The notes under the pieces are model-generated. The model was not told the DNA's origin and did not search any database. It worked only from the letters and a program-made list of their open reading frames with translations. Positions 55,187-64,000 of a stretch of DNA of 64,000 bases are shown here, in pieces. The first letter of the stretch is position 1. The number at the start of each line of letters is the position of its first letter. Position numbers and translations under genes: made by a program. Origin of the DNA: Saccostrea cucullata (taxonomy: Eukaryota); contig NW_026920581.1 in NCBI RefSeq assembly GCF_032062105.1, positions 1,426,001 to 1,490,000 on the forward strand, in the 5' to 3' direction.

Positions 55187-56346
55187 CACCAAGGGTAGGA
55201 CTAGTATAAAATGGCTTTTTATTGTAAAGTTTAAATCCAAAAGTAGTCCCATGACCAATCATGGATTTGCTATTTTTTAGAAAATGATTGAGAAGAAGAT
55301 TTTTAAAGAATTTTCCTATATATTTCTATGTAAAACTTTGGTTGGCCATTTTGGCCCCGCCCTACCCCCGGGGGTCATGATTTGAACAAACTTGAATCTA
55401 CACTACCTGAACATGCTTCCATATAAATATGATGAATAATGGCTTTGTCATTCTTGAGAAGAAGATTTTAAAGAATTTTCCTATATATCTCTATGTAAAA
55501 CCTTGGTCGGCCATTTTGGCCCCGCCCTACCCCCGGGGGTCATGATTTTAACAAACTTGAATCTACACAACCTGAGCATGCTTCCATATAAATATGATGA
55601 ATTATGGCTTTGTCATTCTTGAGAAGAAGATTTTTAAAGAATTTTCCTATATATTTCTATGTAAAACCTTGGTCGGCCATTTTGGCCCCGCACTACCCCC
55701 GGGTTGAACAAACTTGAATCTACACTACCTGAGCATGCTTCCATATAAATATGATGAATTATGGCTATGTCATTCTTGAGAAGAAGACTTTTAAAGAATT
55801 TTCCTATATATTTGTACGTAAAACTTTGGTTGGCCATTTTGGCCCCGCCCTTACCTGGGGGGTCATGATTTGAACAAACTTGAATCTACACTACATGAGC
55901 ATGCTCCCATATAAATATGATGAATTATGGCTTTGTCATTCTTGAGAAGAAGATTTTTAAAGAATTTTCCTATATATTTCTATGTAAAACTTTGGTTGGC
56001 CATTTTGGCCCCGCCCTACCCCCGGGGGTCATGATTTGAACAAACTTGAATCTACACTACCTGAGCATGCTCCCATATAAATATGATGAATTATGGCTTT
56101 GTCATTCTTGAGAAGAAGATTTTTAAAGAATTTTCCTATATATTTCTATGTAAAACTTTGGTCGGCCATTTTGGCCCCGCCCTACCCCCGAGGGTCATGA
56201 TTTGAACAAACTTGAATCTACACTACCTGAGGATGTTTCCCCATAAGTTTCATCTTTCCTGGCACAGTGGTTCTTGAGAAGAAGATTTTTAAAATATACC
56301 ACTAAATTTTCATTAATTCCCAATTATCTCCCCTTGAATAAGGGCA

Positions 56347-56386
<40 letters not shown>

Positions 56387-56442
56387 TGATACTTTGTGGC
56401 AAGTTTGGCTGAAATTGGCCCAGCGGTTCTTGAGAAGAAGTC

Positions 56443-56473
<31 letters not shown>

Positions 56474-56479
56474 AGACAG

Positions 56480-56514
<35 letters not shown>

Positions 56515-59500
56515 GACAGACGGACGCCGGACAAAATGTGATCAGAAAAGCTCACTTGAGCCTTTGGCTCAGGTGAGCTAAAAATATTATTCAAATGATA
56601 AAAAAAAAATTAAAACTGTCCAGTCACCTTTGAAAGACATTGGATGATTTTCTCCTTAGTTTAGACTTTCAGTGGGGCCTGGCATTCTCGGCACTACGTA
56701 ATGGCGAATACTAGTAGATTCTCTCTGGTTAAGAAATTAATAACATCAGGAACTTAAAATTGTTGTTGACAATGATGAGATGACTTCTGCCCCACCTCTG
56801 TGCCGTGAGAGAACTATTAATTGACTATTTACTACACCAGTTGACCTTCGGCCGCATTTCTATCATATGTATATTTCAACAGTGAAGGGAAGCTGTGTAA
56901 ATTTCAGAAGTTAATTAGGTAACATCGAGAATGCCACGCCTTACTGAAAGTCCAAACTAAGTGTGTAATTTTCCTACAAGTTTTAACAAAACATTTTCTT
57001 GGCAACTTGCAAGATTGGGTCTAAAGACATTTTCTGACAAATCTTTATAAAGTACATTTTCAAAAAAAGTCCTTGAACAAGCATTACTAAGAAATCTTGA
57101 AACCTTTACAGAAAAGTTTGTCCAGGAGTCTTTTAAAAAGTCCATCTGTACCAGAGACAAGTAACACATTTAGTTTCCTAGTTTATATACATGTATTGAT
57201 GAACATACATAAAGGAAATTAAAATACCTACCCCACCAATCTGCAACATCTTTGCTCTTGATTTTGATGGCAAGAATTCAGCTAATAATGCAAAGCTGAA
57301 AAATAACAGGAATCTTTCAGTGAGTCTCCATATTGTGATACTCTTTCAAGGTACATGTGAATCCCTCTGTTGGGATACTCTTACAAACAAGCCCCTTTAT
57401 TTCAATATTATTACAAGTGAGTCCCTCTTTTGTACTCTAAAAGTGAGTTCCTCTATTGTAATACTCTAAAAGTGATTCCCTCTATTGTGATACTCTTACA
57501 ATCGACTCTATATATTGTAATACTCTAATAAGAGTACCTCCATTGTGATACTCATTCAATCAAGTCCCTATATTGTGACACTATCAAAGAGATCTTCTGT
57601 TGTTTAATGGACAAATGATGTGTACCCCTATTGTGATACTCTCACATGTGAGTACTTCTATTGTGTTACTATTGAAAATGAATATATCTCTGATAAACTT
57701 GCAAGTGTGACCCCCTATTGCGATACTTTTACAAGAGAGTCTTCGTACAAGTGAGTTTTACAAGTGCATCCTTCTATTGTGATACTCTTACAAGTGCATC
57801 CCTTTATTATGATATTTTTACATGTGAGTCTTCTTACAAGTGAGTCCCTCTATTGTAATACTCCTACAAGTGCATCCTTTTATTATGATATTTTTACATG
57901 TGAGTCTTCTTACAAGTGAGCCCCTCTATTGTAATACTCTTACAAGTGCATCCTTTTATTATGATATTTTTTACATGTGAGTCTTCTTACAAGTGAGTCC
58001 CTCTACTGTAATACTCTTACAAGTGCATCCTTTTATTATGATATTTTTACATGTGAGTCTTCTTACAAGTGAGCCCCTCTATTGTAATACTCTTACAAGT
58101 GCATCCTTTTATTATGATATTTTTACATGTAAGTACCTTTGAGGTGATCCTGCGAGTCCAGCTCCAACAAGACCACGTAAGATGAGAACCCAAATAAAGG
58201 AAGGACTAAATGTAGTTAAAAATCCAAAGTAACCAATCCACATTGTCACCATGTACAGTGTCTAAAAAGAAAATGCATGATAATGTAAGCAAAAATAATA
58301 ACAATTGTAAGACTTGGTGACATAGAATGTTTAAAATAGGTTAAACTAACATGAGGAGCTGAAATATTTTTTAGTTCAAATGAGAATCTGGTTCATCTAT
58401 AATTTCTATCAAACTCTCTTCATCTATGACTGAATGAAAATTTAAATCTTCTGTTTATTCAGTGTTTGAAACATCCTTTACTTTCCCCCTGATATCTTGA
58501 ATCCTAGGATATCTCAAAAGGAAGTTTCTCTCAGTACCATTGACTTTGAGATAATGAGGTTTAACTGTATTTCATTCACTCTTTAATTAAAAAATATATT
58601 ATTAATCTAGCAAAATCAATTAGCAGGTACTTCCCATATATGTAGCAAAAATGAAAATGGAAGGAGCCATTCTGATCTCGATGTATCCTACAGTGTCTAT
58701 TATGACTTCTTTAAATGTCTTGGCATAATTGAATTTTAGTATCAGTACATTTGTTTGCTCAAAGTAAGTTTAAAAGACTATGAAATTGTCTAAAATCATA
58801 TTACAATTGGCCATGTCAATAATCGACCACGAAGTACAGTGATTTATCAAGAACTTTAAGACATATTGTTAAAAAGAAGCAACAATGTTTTGATTTTCAT
58901 TAGATCGTACACTTAAACTGCAAGAGACAAAAAGTATGAAACACTGAAATGTTAAAAAAAACAGCATCCCTCGAAAAAGTATGTATCTGTGGTAGACCAC
59001 CTTAAGAAGGCCTTGCCATTGATCAAATATATTAAGTGTCTTGTTGAAATATTTTTTTCAAAAAGTTTAGACCATGCTTACCATTGCAGACAGATACTTA
59101 CTGGTACACATGAAATTTTAGAAATCAAAATATCACTGTTCCAGATGTATCATTAGCCCCTTCAGGATAACTGCGGTACTACACTTTTGCAGGGCAAAAT
59201 AATAACATTTGGTGGAGTTTTTGTTGATAGGTAATCAAATGATGTATTTTAAACATTTACTTTTTACGACATATTTCACCAAACTATATCATTTTGCCCT
59301 GCAAAAGAGCAGTACCGCAGTTACCGTGAAACGGTCTATATCCCAGGGGCAGAAAAAAAAACTTGATATAATGTCGACTGAAGTTGAAGATGAGATAGCA
59401 TGCAAAACAGATCTGTTAAAATCAACTCAACAACAACCCACACTAACTACCCCCCCCCCCTTAAAAAAACATCAAACAACAATGACTTTTCTTTTTCACT

Positions 59501-61950
59501 CAAGTATAGTTCTTTATCTCTTTGATTTTTGGGATGCCAAAGGCCATGTTGTTTAATTCCTTCTACTAGTACTGGCTAGCTATGAATTCAAATTGTTTAA
59601 AAAGATTATTTTACATAAAATCATCTTAAAAGTACCAAAGTCCTGGAATATAGTGTAAATTCAAAAATCAAGAACATTTTTTTTATTCTTTGTAGATTAA
59701 CAACTCAGTTAATGCACTTATATTAAGTTAAAGAGGTCTCTTTCAGTAAAGAAAGTATATAAAAATGAAATGACCTAGAAAACTTCACAGAATAAGTAAA
59801 CGAACAAGCTAGGAGCAAGCAAACATAATACCATAAAAATCGGTCGAAATCCAAGCAGCCTGTTAAAATTGAAAAATTTAATTACTTGTCTCAAAGACTA
59901 GCTTGTTTCATTCAAAAAAAAAAAAAAATTGCTCGATGCTTAATACTTTGCACAAAGCATTAGCTGTTCCATTTTTACTGTTTAATAATGTGCTTTAACA
60001 GTTACAAGATATTAAGGAGTCATTTCTGCAGATATCTAATTTTTTGGAATTTACATATCAAAAAGAGCTGAAACAACAAATATTAAAAGATGCAAATTAT
60101 CCAATACTGTTACATATGTCCTTAGTGATATTAATTAAACTGAATTGCAAATTTAAAATGCCAACATATAATCCCATGTTACCTAGGTAAAACTAAACAT
60201 AAGACTTTCAGATCATATGCCTATAGAAATTTTGGGTTTTTTTTTAATATTAACTTAACTGTATGTAACATCATTTGCAATAATTTTCCCATTGTGATTA
60301 ACATAAAATAAATATCAGCTATAAATCTTTGAAATAGGGTTCTTTTGTATACTTACAGACTGTCTTCCATATTTATCTCCTAAAAATCCCCAGAAGGGAG
60401 CCATGATACACATCCCAATAAAAACAACCTGTAAAGAACAAAAAACTCTCACTGAGGTATACATGTATATGCTATATTTCTGTCAAAAAAAATTTCTCTC
60501 AGTGTATGTTAAATTTTGTTCATTTTAAAAACAAAATTATTTTTTTTTCAATAATTATTATAATTTAAGCAAAACTTTTAAATGAGTGAACAGAAGGTTA
60601 ACACACCTAAAAAAATTTTTTACAAGGTTTAATAAAAACCTTGTTGAGTACATACTTTTAAGAACTAAATTCAGAACTTATGGCCTTACGGTAGTTAAAA
60701 AGGCTACGTGGAAATGATCAAGCTGCCATTCACAACGCAGAGCAGGGGAGAGTACTGCCAGCAACATCATCTCCAAAGCATCTGCTGCCTAAAATACAAA
60801 ACCCAAAAATCATGTCAGTGTGAAAGTTTATTAAGCGTTGTTCATGATTTTAACCTTACTTAATGTAGTATACATGTGTCCCTCTTAGCATTAGAAAACG
60901 TACTTACAGTAAAGAGACCACATATGATGTATAGGCGGATTTGGAAGAACCCAAAACCAATGGATTCCACCGCATCCTCCACTGTAAAAACTTCTCCACC
61001 TTCTACGTTTGAAGAGCCGTATAAATCATCACCGGAACTATCATCTATCAGGGCCACTTGTTCTAAACTTTCCTCTGAAATCAAATGGAAAAAGACAATC
61101 AAATAAGATGAAGATGGTCAACATTTTGATTTTATGCAAATTTCTAAATTTTTCACCCATATTAAAAAATTTTGTTAGGAAGTGTTTTGGAGAATGTAAA
61201 GTGATTTACAGTAAATATAAAACTTAAAGAGACCAGTCTAGATGAATATCTAATTAATTACATAATCTTTAGATGGCATTTTCACTGGCACAAATATAAT
61301 AAAAAATCCACCTCATCTTAGTTTCTAAATCAGGTGAAAAGTTTATAAAACATTAAGTCCACAGATTATGCAGGGCCACCAAAAGGTTGAGACAACCCAC
61401 TGAATAAAAGAGAATCCACATCACCAGATTTTTATATTATAAGTTAAGTATGCATATTATTTAGATGTACAAATCAGACAAAAAAAGTGGAGCTGGATTA
61501 GACATTTCCTAGGGAAGTCATCATCCAGCAGCACATGCCGGGTCCTGTCGCCAGAACCTGCATGGCGAAAGAAAGAGGAGACATCCTTGAAACACCTGGA
61601 TCAAGGTGAGACAAGAAGTCAGAATTAAAGGTGCATGACATAAACTGGCATGGTATGGCAAAAGCAGCCCAAACTGGTGTTTGTAGGACTGTCGTGGATG
61701 GCCTTATGTTCCTCATGGAACAACAACAGTCCTAAGTGAGTATACATCTTATTGATTATAAATTGAAACATACACACACACATTTAGAGACTGTGTCAAT
61801 TAAAATATCATTTAAGTTACCAAATAATTCCTCATCTTCTCCATCTTCGTTGTGTGACAGAAGTTTTGTGTACTTGACAGATTTATGATGATTTGTTGAT
61901 GAAGCTAAATTGTAGAGTCCACCTCCACTGATATCTGCCAAGGACTCCAT
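48715..61950 (-). CDS. SVOPL: SVOP/SVOPL-like MFS transporter, ~520 aa; exons 61950-61821, 61074-60908, 60788-60690, 60428-60357, 58261-58137, 57295-57232, 53014-52889, 52610-52482, 52078-51919, 50640-50560, 50264-50071, 49841-49752, 49159-49046, 48726-48715
   Basis: [74 protein letters not shown]. All joins are GT-AG and in frame (1563 nt). SVOP versus SVOPL assignment is tentative. Confidence 0.88.
49322..49620 (-). mobile_element. Truncated HINE-type repeat
   Basis: AGCTCACCTGAGC terminus followed by a GTCTGTCTGTCC tract, the reverse of the 3' end of 55151-56584. Confidence 0.55.
50703..51770 (+). mobile_element. Helentron-associated (HINE-type) element
   Basis: ACAAGAGGCCCACGGGCC...GGTCACCTGAG start and GGTCACCTGAGTGACTCAGGTGACC terminal hairpin followed by an A-run. 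Confidence 0.75.
53246..54480 (+). mobile_element. HINE-type element carrying ~5 tandem ~166-bp repeats
   Basis: AACAAGAGGCCC...CTCACCTGAG start, GGGGTCATGATTTGAACAAACTTGAATCTACAC repeats, GACAAC tract, AGCTCACTTGAGCCTTCGGCTCAGGTGAGCT end hairpin. Confidence 0.85.
55151..56584 (+). mobile_element. HINE-type element carrying ~6 tandem ~166-bp repeats and a (GACA)n microsatellite
   Basis: GGCCATTTTGGCCCC recurs at 55344, 55509, 55675 and onward. Same termini as 53246-54480. Confidence 0.88.
57320..58132. repeat. Intronic minisatellite (~30-bp units grading into 76-bp units)
   Basis: TATTGTGATACTCTTACAAGTG repeats; GTGCATCCTTTT at 57870, 57946, 58023, 58099. Confidence 0.85.
59168..59323. mobile_element. 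Short palindromic MITE-like element
   Basis: TAACTGCGGTACT..CTTTTGCAGGGCAAAAT / ATTTTGCCCTGCAAAAG..AGTACCGCAGTTA. No clear TSD. Confidence 0.6.
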
Positions 61951-62964
61951 GGCACTTGGTTATCTGAAAAACAGTGGACAAAGATAAGTTCAAGAAAATA
62001 TGCTTAACCTTTAACTGGAGTTTGGCTAACTCATCAGTTCAGGCTCTGAAGCTTTGGATATGATTATGCAATCATCAGATCCTTAAAAGTCGACGTCAAG
62101 TCCAGTAAATTTTATTTACAGTCGGCATATAGGCCCCTATATACAGTTAAACAGAAAAAAAACCATGAGCTGGTAATAGCTTTTTTAACCGACTTGAACT
62201 TATTTACACAAAGATTAAAAAAAACATAATTTTCTTTACAGAAAGAACAAAGTCACTGTCAAAATATAAATGTTTGATCTACTTAAACAACGTACCATAC
62301 TGTTTTTGACTTTACAACATTCAACATGATCTTATCCTGTATATGTGTCACTCAGTGTAAAATGAAACCGGATGTTACCTGTAATGTCAAAACTTCTAGG
62401 TATAGACTGTTTGTAATCCACCCATACTTGTTCTTCCTAAATGAAAAAAAATCTACATTAAGTTGATTTAAAAATAAATATTATTAATTAATTTATTTAT
62501 AAAAAAAAAAAAAATGATGCTACAGATAAATTTTTTTTTCAAAAAATAGTTCAGGGTCTACTTTTACACACATCAGTTAAAATGAAAGTGAAAGTAAAAA
62601 TAGAAAAAAAAGGTAACAGACGTTTCGGAGTAAGTTCGCTGGGTAAATTTAGCCTTTGTCAATGTCTTATTTTTAGGTATTTATATAAGTTATTGCATAT
62701 TCTTTTCTAGCTTCAGATATGTAATCGCTGGTCTGATAAAAAAATAAGATAGACGACCACAATGTGCAGTGCAAAGCGGAATTATTTACTGCGCACTAAA
62801 AATTAATGTGCTCTGTTTCTCGATCTACCTCTCTGTATATTTAAGCTTCTATCTCAAAATATCATTTAATGTGTGTTCCTCACATACAATTTATTCTTTT
62901 ACTACTATTTTAATGGGTTGACACTGGGGGTCTTTAGTCATCCGTCCCTATTTTTTTTTCAAAC

Positions 62965-63078
62965 CTGAGGCATGTTCAGCAGAGCGAACGTTCGCGAGCG
63001 CTCGCCAAAATTACTATTGGAGGTGTAAGGAATTTTGGCAAGTGCTCGTGTACGTTCCCTCTGCTGAACAGACCTCAG
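62965..63078. mobile_element. Short hairpin MITE-like element
   Basis: CTGAGG..TGTTCAGCAGAG.GAACGT...GCCAAAATT / AATTTTGGC...ACGTTC.CTCTGCTGAACA..CCTCAG. Confidence 0.65.
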
Positions 63079-63104
63079 TAGCCAGCGCTGGACTTGATCT
63101 GTCT

Positions 63105-63340
63105 GTCTCGGGTTCGAAATCCCATTGTGGGATGTGGAGACGGTCCTTTGGATGAGACCGTATAAACCGAGGTACCGCAGTAGATCTTGGCACAAAAAGA
63201 TCCCTCACCGCCCAATGGCCTGAGTGCCGTCAGTATATAGGATCACAAAATTTGAAGCTCTCCACCGTCAAATGTTGGCGTAAATCGTCTCCAAATGAGT
63301 GAAAAATTCTCAAGAGAGATGTTAAACAAAAACAAACAAC
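63105..63340 (+). mobile_element. tRNA-derived SINE
   Basis: B-box GGTTCGAAATCCC, body GAGACCGTATAAACCGAGG...GATCCCTC...GAGTGCCG, (AAAC)n-like tail. Confidence 0.7.
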
Positions 63341-63728
63341 AAACCACAGATTTGCAGCTTATTCTTCTCATTTTTTTGGAATGATAAATAAAACAGCATC
63401 TCCAAGACAGCTCACAGCTAGAGGCTTATCATCTTTATTTTCTTATTCTAAACTAACTGTATTTAATGGTATAGTTAAAAAGAAAGAAGATAGATTGATT
63501 GTGGAGAGCATATAGTGTTTTATCAAGTTCTGTTAGATGCTACGCTATAAAATTATCATAATTACACGATAATCCGATTTCTCTAAGTATACACAGTTTG
63601 CACATAATTGCATTGCCTTGAAGAATTTCAGGGATTATGGGAGGTGCTACTTGTTATGTTAAATGCAATGATAAAAATGATAAAAACAAACAGAATTATT
63701 CATTTTTTTTTCAGCTGAAATCTTCAAG

Positions 63729-63870
63729 ATGTGTGTTTTATTTCTCTATTTCAATGACACACCAGAACCCAACAAATACAGGTTGATCGTTGCTAGTAAC
63801 AGGGATGAATTGTGGGATCGAGCGACCAAGCTGCTAGGTTATTGGGATCAAGACAAAAACTGCATGAGTG
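63729..63870 (+). CDS. TANGO2: TANGO2 (NRDE family) first coding exon; the gene continues beyond the window
   Basis: MCVLFLYFNDTPEPNKYRLIVASNRDELWDRATKLLGYWDQDKNCMS: N-terminal MC and NRDE signature. Acceptor TTTTTTTCAG upstream and donor G|GTATGA at 63871. Confidence 0.9.
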
Positions 63871-64000
63871 GTATGATTAAAAGCTTCATTCATCAATTCA
63901 ATGTCATCAATTCAATGAACAATAAAACTTTCTTAGGGAAAAAGGTCATATATTTTTACCCATTCTCAGGACCTATATGTAATTTAGGTAAAATTTTTGC

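Noticed and set aside
56274-56594. ORFs with TDRQ/VCLS repeats
   Set aside because: They are translations of the (GACA)n tract of a HINE element.
6062-63870. Functional heme/folate cluster (SLC46-like plus TANGO2)
   Set aside because: The genes are 56 kb apart with unrelated genes between, and the substrate of this SLC46 paralogue is unknown.

Overview
AT-rich eukaryotic DNA with spliceosomal introns. The repeat content (Helentron/HINE-type elements carrying ~166-bp arrays, tRNA-SINEs, TTAA MITEs, a KolobokP-like element) points to a bivalve, probably an oyster. Host genes: an intronless SLC46/PCFT-like transporter (6062-7555 +), a 4-exon PIGP (44588-47830 +), a 14-coding-exon SVOP/SVOPL-like transporter (61950-48715 -) and the first coding exon of TANGO2 (63729-63870 +), head-to-head with SVOPL. 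A complete ~8.4-kb PIF/Harbinger transposon (15840-24227) carries an intact 4-exon DDE transposase and a convergent, intact 9-exon Myb/SANT gene. An ~18-kb array of ~377-bp monomers (24687-42702) is interrupted by a composite-like KolobokP-type element and two TA-targeting MITEs. The most unusual feature is that each array monomer, read on the minus strand, looks like a ~274-nt highly structured non-coding exon plus a ~104-nt GTAAGT...TTTTCAG intron, with a candidate first exon just upstream (~43160-43300). All gene models and coordinates were derived by eye; no searches were run.
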